Assembly: GCF_006345805.1 (NCBI RefSeq) | Contig: NC_043006.1 | Coordinates: 36,642,001-36,706,000, forward strand | Source: Octopus sinensis | Taxonomy: Eukaryota | DNA: 64,000 nt | Direction: 5' to 3' | Shown: positions 39,453-52,095 of the stretch, one piece after another | Layout: each line of letters starts with the position of its first letter | How positions within the stretch are numbered: the first letter of the stretch is position 1 | The notes under the pieces: model-generated | Told to the model about the DNA's origin: nothing | The model's input: the letters and a program-made list of their open reading frames with translations, nothing else | Databases searched by the model: none | Program-made: the position numbers and the translations under genes

Positions 39453-41780
39453 TGACAAAAGAATGCAAGTGAGAGGTGCCAATCCCATCAACCAGCCATT
39501 AATGTTTAGATGTAGAGGAGCAAAGATGCAAACATTATTTCAGATATGAATTATTTTATTTTTGTTTGGAAGGGAATCCTAGCAATATGAAGGGCATCTG
39601 GCTGTAGAAACTATGCCAAAACAGACATTGGAGCTTGATGCTGTCCCTTGGTTCACCAGTTCCTATCAAACAGCTGAAACCATGCCAGCATATAAGAAAA
39701 TCAGACATTAAAAGAGGATGACAACATGAAAGTTGAAAATATAATAATTTGATCAGGGTTATTGGAGCAGCAGGATATTACATACCAAGATTTGTTGCCT
39801 TTCTCTTAAAATATCCACAGAGGAAGGAAATTTCAACTGAACTTGTTGAGGTGAAGTCAGAATGACAACTTTACCACTTTCATTACCACAAAGTACATAA
39901 GGAAGACAGCCAGCATATGAAGAAAACAAAATCATTAAACCTATCTTTAGTAGGCTGTGACTCTGCAAATGTTTATTCATATCAGCACACCTTTATGGTC
40001 TATGTATGTCACACTTACAAACAAAAACAAACACAAAAGCAGAAACACACAGCTGTAAAATATGCATACACACACACAGAGAGATGTTTATTAAACAAAC
40101 TCACTTGATTAGACAAACAAGCATCATACATAAACACACAGCCCATAGGTGCAGAGACATTCACAAACACACACAGGCAACAGCACACATGGATACAGAC
40201 ATATAGACATAGAAGTACATACTTCCAGAGAGACACCCACGAACAAGCACAGAAGCAGTGTATGAAGAGAAACACACACACACACATATTCACGCAGACT
40301 TTAAATATTTTATAAGCTTCACATTGATACTGACTAGGAAGGTTAACATTCTAAATACATCCACCTATCAATCGTCAAAAGTTCTACTTTATCAAGTTGA
40401 TTATTAATACTCTGTTCTCACCACCAACCCTATCTGCACAAAGTTAGTCAAACTCAACAACTGATAACCTTATCCTTAATCTTAACATTTATAAATTTCA
40501 TTAACCTTTCTTCAATATACCCAAGGTCAGAGTTTCAGCTCCACCACCACCACCACCACCACTACTACTACCACCATAAAAGATTCAATTTACTTAAATC
40601 TTTATGACTGCATTGTCATTCTAATTGGAGGTTTTTAGGTGGGGGTGGGGATTAACAAGGGTGAGAAAAACAAAACGTGAGCAAATAACACGCACACACA
40701 CACTATGAAAAAGGACAAACCCACAACTGTTTTACAAGAGTGAGCTTCACATGGTCAGTGCACACAAATCTCTCTCTCTTTCAACAAGCTCCTTTACAGA
40801 CATTAAATAAAATTAGGGTTCATATTTTTAACTTCAAAATTGCAGGTAGCATGTGCATTCAAATAAAATAAATGAAGTGATGAAATCCAGTCAAAGCTAA
40901 TACATGCAACATCTCAGTCCTACCCAGTTTAACACCACCCTGAGTAGAGCAGTTCTCTCTGTTGCAAGCTTTCTCTTTCTTTGGACCATGTTTCTCCAGC
41001 TGAGATTTTCATGTACAGGTTCTGTAGAGCATCAGTCTCACAAGTCTCAGAGGGATGGTAAATGTCTCTGGCATCATCCCTCCTCCATTGACTAACTACA
41101 TCGTTATTTAACATCCATTTTCCTTACTGGTATGGACTGGACAGTTTGAGAGAATTTGAAGAGCCACAGGGTTGCATCAAGCTCCATTGTCAGCTTTGGC
41201 ATGGTTTCTACAGATGAATACCCTTCCTAATGTCAACTACTTTACAATATATACCAGGTGATTTTATACAGAGGTGAGAGGACATAAGTGACTAAGTGGT
41301 TAGATTGGGGGGACTCATGATTGCAAGATTGTGTTTTCAATTCTTGAACCAGGCAATGTGTTGTGTTCCTGAGCGAAACACTTCATTTCCCATTTCTCCA
41401 AACCATTCATCTGCTGAAGATGAGTAATCCTGTGAGAGATCAGTGTCTAGTCCATGAGGAGAATATATGGACACCAGAGAAACTAGGAACCGGCCCTATG
41501 AGTCTGTATGACTCAAAAAGGAGCTTTATCCTATCCTGCCTTATACAGGGGGTGGGAATAGTTCAAAAGAAATAAAGACTGTACTGATGGGTGGGGGCAG
41601 TGCAAACCCTCAAGGTAAAAGGTGAGCATAAGAAAGGATATGGATAGAAGGAAGGAGAGGTTGAGTAGTTTCGTAAGAGAGTGAGGGAAGAGTAACAGAT
41701 GGTTAGAGATGGGGATGGTGAGTGATGAACAAGGGTGACAGTGCAGTTGATGAGAAACTGCCAATGTGAAGAAGGGGTAA

Positions 41781-41814
<34 letters not shown>

Positions 41815-43197
41815 GGCTCAAGTAGGGGGGGGTTAACTTATATCAAAAACGTTGGTATGTCAAGTGGAGGTCACTTTCTAGATCTATGTGCTCATTTAAC
41901 AATTTTGATACCTTCAATCTTTTCAATGACCAGGGCTATCAACAACATCAATGAAATAAGGAGAGAAAATCAGATGTGAATAAAAGATTTTAACATGAAA
42001 CCATATGAAGTCATAGCTTAGAACTGTGGAATAAGTATCCTCTATATGGCTGCTCAAGCACCTAGAAATAACAACTGAATTTATAAAATGATATACAAAA
42101 TAATGGGAAGGTAACAACTAGAATAGATTTAATCATAATTAAATTTGCAGCCCCCCCCCCCTTTCACTCTAGATCTACAATGTTCAAAAAATCTGCTTAA
42201 ACAGGTCAACCTGGTAATAAAGAACAACAAAAATAATGGACCTGAAACAAACAAAAGAGACAGAATGTACATAACTGTTCAGTTTCTGTTGTTCCTTTTT
42301 ACCATTATCATTGCTGTCATTGCCTAATTCACTGTTTTGTTCTATGGTGATACAATTTAAACCCAGTCATATGATGTGATGTCAACACTCATTTTATATA
42401 GGATGGAGATTCAAAAGATTGGCATGGCTGAGTGGTAAGACATTTGCTTTCCAACCACATGGTTTAGAGGTCAGTCCCATGGTGTGGAACCTTAGGTAAG
42501 TGTCTTCTACTATAGACTTGAGCTGACCAAAGCCTACGGAGTGAGTTTGGTAGGCAGAAACTAAAAGAAGCCCATCACGTGTGTGTATGTTCTACTGTCC
42601 TGTTGTCTTGAATTGGTGTGACAGCTGTAAATAAGTGTCGCCATCATGCAAGTCATGAGGAAATATTATCTTACTTGGAAAAAAATGAGGGTTGGTAACA
42701 GGAAGAGCATCTAGTTGTAAAAAAAACACACTTAAACAAATTCCCAAGCAAGCATGGAAATGTGGACAGATGGCGATGATGAAGATACTTTTATGAGCTT
42801 GTATGACACTCTCTGTACTGAGAAAAATCACAGCTCCAGTATTACAGACATGTGGTAAGAATGTCACAGGAAACAATCACAAGATGGTTTCTTCAAGCCA
42901 CACCAACTGACTGGAGATCTAGGAGTAGACCAAGAGCAAAATGGTTGGGTAATATCCAATATCTCAGTTGGTCCTGCTCAGGAATCCAGCAGAAAAGCAT
43001 AATGACAGTTGCTTCTGATTGGAGGAGATACTTGAGGAGTCTACCTCCGTGATTCTCCCAGGGATAGTAAGCAGAGAAAATGGATGAATGGACGGACTGA
43101 AAAATGAACATTTAAGCAGAATTAACCATTAAGTTGTGTACAAAAATGATTCTGAAACAAATATTGATAAAAATTGTAGAAAAAGTTTGATATTTTC

Positions 43198-43409
43198 TCT
43201 TTTACTCTTTTACTTGTTTCAGTCATTTGACTGTGGCCATGCTGGAGCACCGCCTTTAGTCGAGCAAATCGACCCTGGGACTTATTCTTTGTAAGCCCAG
43301 TACTTATTCTATCGGTCTCTTTTGCCGAACCGCTAAGTGACGGGGACGTAAACACACCAGCATCGGTTGTCAAGCAATGCTAGGGGGACGAACACAAACA
43401 CACACACAC

Positions 43410-43440
<31 letters not shown>

Positions 43441-43603
43441 CATATATACGACAGGCTTCTTTCAGTTTCCGTCTACCAAATCCAATCACAAGGCATTGGT
43501 CGGCCCGGGGCTATAGCAGAAGACACTTGCCCAAGATGCCACGCAGTGGGATTGAACCCGGAACCATGTGGTTGGTTAGCAAGCTACTTACCACACAGCC
43601 ACA
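43198..43603 (-). mobile_element. Full-length SINE family A
   Basis: Reverse complement of the 61570-61990 copy with few differences. Confidence 0.88.
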
Positions 43604-44549
43604 TTTAATTTCTGTTTAGCATATCATGAACACAGTCATTGACATCATTCTTATGATTATTAGTGAAAGATCAATGACTGATTGATACTGGAGTGATGAA
43701 AGGTAAAACAACTCAAGCAAGATTTTAATTTACCTTTAATTATTTATATATAGGCACAGGGATGGATGCGTTGATAAGAAGTTTGTTTTGCAACCACATA
43801 GTTTCAGGTTCAGTCCCACTGTGTGATGCCTTGGGCAAATGTCCTCTATTATAACCCCAGCCCAATCAATATCTTGGGAGTGTGTTTGGTAGAAGGGAAA
43901 CTGTGGGGAATCCCATTATACATATATGTATGTGTGAATGCTTGTATGCCCCCACCACTTAACAACCTGAGTTGGTTTGTTTACATCTCTACAGCTAAGC
44001 ACTTTGGTGAAAGTGGCCAAGAGAATAAGTACCAGACTAAATCCTCCAAGGTGGTGCTCCAGCATAGCCACTGTCCAGTGACTGAAACAAAATAAAAGAT
44101 ATATTTACTTATATGTTTTTTTTTAAATACATAATTGCTGTTGGTTATAACAACATAACTGTTGCAGCATACATACAACCAACTCCACACCACCAAATGA
44201 CTATTGGACAGCAATAAATTATCTGCAATATGACCAAATACCCTTCACCTTTAATGACATTACAGTTAATGGAACTCAGTCAGTCAAAATTACATTGTTT
44301 CAGCTGCCTGGTCAATTTCCTTTTACTAACTTCTTAACCCACAAATTACTCAGCAGCAATGTCTTTGGCAGAGCCCATTCTGGTGCAAATACTTAACTGT
44401 GGTCTGAGGAAAACTCTACATGCCTTGATGTGCTCCTTCATATGGGCAGTAGATCCACAAGTTTTAGCTTCTTCCTGACTTTACTTAGAAGCCCTGCAAA
44501 GGATATCAACACTCCTCTTTCTCCTAATTAAACCATAAACTATATCATC

Positions 44550-45955
44550 ACCATCATCATCATCAACTGGTAAGCTGGGGAGCTGCACTAGGTTCAAATC
44601 TGATTTGGCATGGTTTCTACAGCTGGACGCCCTTCCTAACACCAACCACCCCAAGAGCTTCGATGCCAGTTATGGGACATCAGCATCAGCCACGACTACG
44701 ATCTCACTTGGCTTCACAGGTCTTCACAAGCACGGCATATTGCTGAAGATCTCGGTCACTTGTCTCTGCATCCATGAGGCCCAAAATTCGAAGGGTGCCT
44801 TTTATATGCCAGTTACTCGACACTGGCACTGACCATGACTACTATTTCACTTGACTGGACAGATCTTCTCATGCGCAGCATAGTGCCCAACATTCGAACA
44901 GTGCCTTTTATGTGCCATCGGCATGGGTGCCAGTTATGCAACACTAGCATCTGCTGCAACTACAATTTCTCTTGGCATGATGGATCTTCTCAAACACAGC
45001 ATATGGCCAAGTGTCTTGGTCACTAGTTATTGCCTCTATGAGACCCAATATTCGACGATCATGCTTCAACACCTCACCCCATGTATTCCTGGGTCTACCT
45101 CTTCCACAGGTTCCCTCCACTGTTAGAGATTAGCAATTCTTCACATAGCTGTTCTCATGCATCACATGACCATAGTCATCTCTTTTGCACACCACTTCTG
45201 ACACCTCTTAAGCACAACTTTTTTCTCAAGATGTTTCCATTCTGTTGTGTATGCACACTGACACTGCACATCCAGTGAAACATACTAACTTCATTTATTT
45301 CAAGCGTTCATATGTCCTCAGCAGCCACAGTACATATTTCACTGCCATGTAGCAAGGCTGTCCACACACAGGCATCATACAGTCTGCCTTTCACTCTGAG
45401 AGAGAGGCCTTTGTTACCAACAATAGTAGGAGCTCTCTGAACTTTGCCCAGTCTATTCTTATTCTAGCAGCTATGCTCTCAGAGCATCCACCTAGGTAAC
45501 GGAATCTATCAGCTATTTCTAGTTTTCCTCCTTGGCATTTGATGGAGTCTCTTTTCTGTACATCTTTGGTGTTAATTGTACCTGTGAAACTTCCACACAC
45601 AAAAACTATTTTCCCTGTTAACATTCCTCTTGTGTCCATAGCTTACATCGGGTATATCTCATGGAGTTTCTACCTATGCCTTTTCTACAGATCGAGCAGG
45701 GCCATCTACCTGAAAGGATTTGAGATTTGTTTGCTCTCCTACTTCAAAGACTGACTCTAAGGCCCTTTGATTCTAGACCTTGCTTCCACACCTGAAATTT
45801 CTTCTCAAGTTCTGTCAGCTGTAAAAACAAGGTCATCAGCACAGAGGAAGCACATCTTAAATTCCCCAGTTATCGCCTGGAGAACTATGATCAACAAGAG
45901 GGAGCTGAGAACTGATCCTTGGTGAACCCCCACTCGTATTCTGAATTCATATGTA
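44550..45955 (-). mobile_element. Decayed RTE LINE with RT remnants
   Basis: VGVHQGSVLSSLL..LCADDLV; ARIRIDWAKFRELL; (CAT)n tail near 44550. Confidence 0.85.
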
Positions 45956-45961
45956 CATTTA

Positions 45962-45992
<31 letters not shown>

Positions 45993-46388
45993 CTAGCAGT
46001 ATCGCCTGGCGTTGCTTGGGTTTGTTTCGACCCTTTAGAATTGGAATTTTTGAAAAGTAAAAATTTTGCATTATGTAGCTTGTTATTCTCTTTAAGTGAA
46101 CATTTTTCTGGTTGAAATACACCGAAAAATGGCGACACAGCAGTAAAAAGAATCGTAAAAAATACGGATTTTCATAGAAAAACAGAACCTTATTGATGTA
46201 AATAAATTTTGGTATTAACATGGTCCGATTTGAATTATTTCTTCTACAGAAGGAAGAGCAAGCCTTCTTCTATCATACTCTAAATTTTGGTCAACTTGCA
46301 CCACAGTGTCTCGAAGGAGATAGTGTTAGTTGAAGGCTACCAAACCTGCCATACACAGACAACTTCAGCTTTATATTATATATAGAGA
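45993..46388 (-). mobile_element. Non-autonomous Helitron
   Basis: Minus strand starts A|TCTCTATATA and ends with the CCCAAGCAACGCCAGG subterminal hairpin, then CTAG|T; inserted in an AT target. Confidence 0.8.
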
Positions 46389-46582
46389 TATATACGCAGG
46401 AGTGGCTGTGTTGTAAGAAGCTAGCTTCCCAACCACATGGTTCCAGGTTCAATCCCACTGCATAGCACCTTGGGCAAATGTCTTCTACTATAGCCTCGGA
46501 CTGACCAAAACCTTCGGAGTGGATTTGGCAGACGGAAACTGAAAGAAGCTTATTGTGTGTGTGTATGTGTGTGTGTGTATAT

Positions 46583-46614
<32 letters not shown>

Positions 46615-47250
46615 TACAAAATTAGAAAATGGAGAAACATACTTAAATCAATAAAACATCAACTATCAGATGATACCCAATCAATACTTTATTACACCAT
46701 TACATATCAGTAAAGGCATTATACAAAATATACAGTAAATGTAAATAGACAAGGAAATATAAGTATAAAATATAAAATATAATATGTAATTAAATCATAT
46801 CTGACAGCTGTTTCGGCAGCAAGGGCAGTCATACCTCATTTAACCTATAAGCCATAAAGGCAGGTATAAATGAGGCATTAACAAGGATGCCCCACGGCCT
46901 CTTCAGAGAATTTAATTTGTTATAATTGTGAAAAAATTATTTTTCCATATACATATAAATATAAAAATAAAAATATAAAAATGTAAAATATAAAAACTTA
47001 TGCATAAACTTCATAATGCTACACATATATAATATAATACTCATTGGTACAATAATGCAAGGTAAACAAAACAAAATAAAACAAAATATATATCAGTGTA
47101 TATATAATATTAATAAGTACAGTTATTATACATATTTGGCTAATAGTTTTAAAAAACTAACACATAGGGAGATGAAAAATAATAATTAAAAACTATGGTT
47201 CAGTTCATAAAATTATAAAGCTATAAAAGTCAATAAAAATTACTATTAAT

Positions 47251-47293
<43 letters not shown>

Positions 47294-47854
47294 GATACAG
47301 TTATGTTTGCACCAAGTCCATCCTTTCAAGATCGAAATAACTATGAGTTTAGAAATTCTGACCACTAGGTAATGATTATTATAGATTAATTCGATTGGCT
47401 AGTAGTTTGAAATTTAAATCACAAAAGAAATTTTACGGTTAGTTAGTCATATAAATTAATATATATTTTATAACTTAGCGTACTTGGAATCATAACAAAT
47501 TTACGGTAAATCTAATAACCGGTATGTTTACTATTTTGTATAATGTTTACTATTTTGTATGTTTACTATTTTGTATAATGCCTTTACTGATATGTAATGG
47601 TGTAATAAAGTATTGATTGGGTATCATCTGATAGTTGATGTTTTATTGATTTAAGTATGTTTCTCCATTTTCTAATTTTGTAGTATTAATTTACGGTAAT
47701 ATTATTACCTTTGCCCATATAATACAATAGATGAACTGATTGTTTGGCAATTTTTAACATCTATGTATTAGCCTTGTTGGGTATCTAGCAGTATATTGGA
47801 TATTTGTTATCCCATGGTGGGTTGAATTTTCAACCCCTATCTCATTTTATAACC
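46615..47854 (-). mobile_element. Penelope-like non-autonomous element with hammerhead and 116-bp inverted repeat
   Basis: 46615-46730 is the reverse complement of 47567-47682 (no mismatch seen by eye). On the minus strand the hammerhead is followed by an AATAAA-containing tail. (TA)n flanks both sides; no long ORF. Confidence 0.6.
46800..46909 (-). ncRNA. Type I hammerhead ribozyme motif with extended stem II, predicted cleavage 46803/46802
   Basis: Reverse complement reads TCT-CTGAAGA-GGC...(about 80 nt structured insert)...GCC-GAAAC[AGCT]GTC-AGA. Canonical core, 3-bp stem I, palindromic stem III loop. Confidence 0.8.
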
Positions 47855-48336
47855 TATATATATATATATATACATATATGTATGTATGTATGATTTTGTG
47901 TTTGCCCCCCCCCCCCATCACTGATGTTGGTGTGTTTATGTTAGCAAAAGACGCAGATAGAATAAGTACAAGGCTTACAAAGAAAAAGTCGTGGGGTTGA
48001 ATTTTTCAACTAAAAGAAGTGCTCTAGCATGGCCACAGTCAAATGACTGAAACAAGTAAAAGAATAAGAGAAATATATATACATATAGATACACACACAC
48101 ACACACACACACAAACACACACATTCAGTGAGTGGGCTCTGAAGGTGATAGCGTTGTTAAGGTCGTTCAATCTTGTCAATCAATCAAATCAACTTAAATG
48201 GAAGTGTAAACACACCTGTAATGCATGTCAGAAATAGCTGTAAGTTTACAATAGAGAAATGAAAAAAATCTGTAAAACTCATTAATGCCTTTAACCCGTG
48301 CTAGCGCGGAAAACGGACGTTAAACGATGATGATGA

Positions 48337-48386
<50 letters not shown>

Positions 48387-49169
48387 AGAGAGAGAGAGGG
48401 GGTAGAATAGATACATGTATACAGGCAGAGATGCAACTGAATGGTTAAGAAGTTTGTCTCCCAACCACATGGTTTCAGGTTCATTCCCGCAGCATGGCAC
48501 CTTGGACAAGTGTTTTCTGTTATAGGCCCAAACTGACCAAAGTCCTGTGACTGGATCTGGTTGACACAAACTTAAAGAAGCCCATATGAGTGTGTATTCA
48601 TGTGTACATATGTGGGTGGGTGCATGTGCATGTATGTGAGTATGTGTGTGTGTGTGTGCATGTGAATGTGTAGGTTTGAATGAGTGTGTGTTTTCATGTT
48701 TTACCATTGTGTGAGGGTTGAAAATGAGTGTCACTGTCATGCAAGCATTATCATTCATTTCCAATATTCTGGTCTAAGAAATTATTACCTTCCTTGGAAA
48801 AAGTTGTGCTTGTGAGCAGCAGGAAAGGCATTCAGCTACAGAAAATCTGTTTCAATACCTGACGCATACAACCATGGATGTTATGACAATGATGAGTAGA
48901 GTATTTATAGATAATATAAATGTGTGCGTGTGTGTATGCGTGCGTGCATATGGGCAAGTATTTATATGTATGAATATACTAAAAACAAAAACATCCCATC
49001 TTGTAAACAAAGGAAGCAAGTAAATACAGCTGAAAAATTGCCTGAAATTTAATTCCTTTAAGCACATCTTTTGAAACTCCAAGACATTTCAGTAGTTGCC
49101 AACCTCTTCAGTGCAATGTAACAACAGCTGTGATTGGCTCATTTATGATATACATAAATGCATCCATAC

Positions 49170-49455
49170 AATGGTGGACCAAAGAAGAGATTAAAAAGAC
49201 ACTCAAGATGACCTTGAAAAAGTGTAACTTGATGTTTACTTGGGAACATCTTGCCAAAGATCACTCACTGTGGCCTAGTATTTGTATATTCTAGAGTACA
49301 GCAGTCAGAATCAGAAATTATCAGAGAAACTAAAGAGAGGAGGGCTGAACAGGAAGCAAAGGTCCCAATGGTTTCTAATTCTGCCATTATGTGCTGCTAA
49401 TGTAACCATGGATTTTATGCCAATATTGGCCTAATAATCCACCCCAGGGCTCACA
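49170..49455 (+). mobile_element. BovB-like RTE C-terminal remnant (second RTE lineage)
   Basis: KRRLKDT..LKKCN..WEHLAKDHSLW..CNHGFYANIGLIIHPRAH. Confidence 0.6.
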
Positions 49456-51154
49456 AAGTAAAGTTGACAATTGGTTATAGATATGAAGGGCAGACATCAT
49501 ATATATTCATAAATGGTATGTGGTAAGCTGTAAGGATATATGGTAAATGCTACAAGTTTTAAGGACATTATTTAGATGTTATAAGAACCAATTTGAGGCA
49601 AAAGAAAAAAACAGGTCCACTGATGGGAAGCAAACCAAATAGCTATTACATTCAGTCAGTGGGTATGTTAGCTTTTTTTTTTTTTTTATCTAATTTGAGA
49701 CAGAAAAGCCTCAAATTTTCACTGCTTTATAATTGCTAGTATGACTTTACAATAACAATCTTAGCAGTTAATACAGTCTTTAAAGATATGTTTTAACCAG
49801 GCAAGTTATAAAAATAAGTCACTGACTGATGTATATATTTTTGTTACTTGGTTCCAGATTAACCCTGACTGAGCAGATCAAATGCCTTCCAGCCATCTCC
49901 ATTAGAAGCTTATTTTTCAGGCATAGTACATCTATCCAATGTGTCATTCCATTTTAAGGGAGTAGGGTGTGTTTTAAAGGGAATTTTTCCATTATATCCA
50001 GCAAAATAAATAGCCATGTATTGGATGAAGCACTGATATAAGTTGTATGAGATTATGATATAAATAGCAAATGTGTAACAGTTTTCTCTACTAGAAAGTG
50101 GAAGAAAGATATAATCTTGAGTGAAACATAAAACAGTAATTTAAACTGAGCTGAGAAAGTGGAGAAAGATATCTTACTTGGCAGTGGACAGTTTCACAAG
50201 TCTACAGCTGATAGCAATAGTGAAGGGAGCACAATCTTTGTAATTATATATATATATACAATGTATGTATGTATGTATTATATTTAATAGGTTAGAGTGT
50301 TAATTAGTGTGTGTGTGTGTGTGTATGATGAAATGGAGACAATGAAAAGAGAAAAGAAAATAAAAAAGACAAAAGAAATGAGAGGTAGGTGTATGGGTCA
50401 GAAAGAAAGTGTGTGACAATGATAACAAGAGAGGGAGAGATAAAAGCAACAGTGAAAGAAAAGCATGACATACTAATATAGACAGAGAAAGAAAGATAGA
50501 CAGATATGTGTGTATACATGTATGTATGTGTAGGTGGGTGTATGACAACCAGAGAAAGAGCATGCATGTTTTTGGTAAATCAACCCCAATTAAAGTTAGA
50601 TAATAAAGAGGATGAAGATCTAGATAAACAACCACACAATTAACAATAAAAATATGTCACCATAATAATAATAATAGTTTCTTACTTCACACATAACCTA
50701 CCTACCCATTCTTTTGTATGCACACAGACACAAATACACACAAAACCACTACTAGACTACTTTTACATCATTTAATACTTTTCCAACACACCATTTGAAG
50801 TTTTATACTGACTTGATAATACTTTTATTCACCCACCTACTCCGACACATAGCTTTAGTCTTTAATAACCTCTCCCACTCCCCACTAATACTCTTCTTCT
50901 CACCCCACAACTCTGGTGCATGTCAATAAAAACCAACAAAAGAAAGACAATTCTTGAAAAGAATTCCATGCAGGCAATTAGTCCATTCTAAGCCACAATG
51001 GAGAGAAAGAGAGAGGGGAGAGAGAAAAGGAAGCTTAGGAATGGAGAGCAAATGTTTGAAACAGAATGAAGAAAGAAAAGACAAGAAAAAAGGAATTAAC
51101 AAGAAGAGTAAGGAAAGACAGAAAGGTGAGCAAAAGAAAGTAAGAAAGTAGCAG

Positions 51155-51207
<53 letters not shown>

Positions 51208-51682
51208 AGGAGAGAGAGCAGGAGAGAGAGTACAATAGATAGATTTCAAGCACCAGCTTTTATTACCATCAGCACTGGTGAAAGGGAGAGGGGCTGAAAT
51301 ACCCAGCCTTGGTAGAGAACCAACCCAAGATTACAGCTGAAGGTACCATCATACCTAGTTCAAGTAATAATAGGTACCATCACAAACCTGCAGTACTCTA
51401 TATCTTGCAACATCATCTGCTCCACCACTTATAAATTTGTCAACCATCAACAGATCTCCAAAACACCACCATATGACTGGCAAACATAGCCACCACCTAC
51501 AGTACATTCCACTACAAATCTGAAACTTTCATCCTACAATTCCACTATCACCTTACTACCAAAAACTTGACCACTATCTATAGTATCTTCTATTCTTTGT
51601 CATCCCTGATCACTTGCAGTACCCTTCATACAACATTACCATCACATCACAAGCCTGACCACCACCTACAATATCTTTCATC

Positions 51683-52095
51683 CAGCACTGGATTAACCAT
51701 TAAGCAAAATAAGCATGTACTTGAGATGGCACCACAGAAATGCTAAATGGCTCACGGCACAAAAGTAATCACTTTAAACTTCCTAAAATAATATTCAGGA
51801 TGCCTTGTCTCTACCAACTAGAAAAACAGATGCATTACATATAATTAATTTTGAGGATGTGATCAAAGACTTTGTAATTTTAAAAAAAGCAGGAGAAAAT
51901 GTTTGAAATGTAAATAAAGTGGAAGTATATAAAACTAAACATTATTTTCCATCTTACTATTAGTTTTGTTTCATTTTGAAAAATAAAAATTCATTTTATG
52001 GTTTGTTAGTGCTCATATTTTTAATTACATATATATGAGGCAATCAAGATCTTTTAAGAGCTCAGGGTCTCTATGTGTCTTAATCTTGCTTGCTT
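51683..52095 (+). mobile_element. hAT-derived deletion element
   Basis: CAGCACTGGATTAACC-type terminus; INFEDVIKDFVILKKA resembles the hAT C-terminal dimerisation region. Confidence 0.45.
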
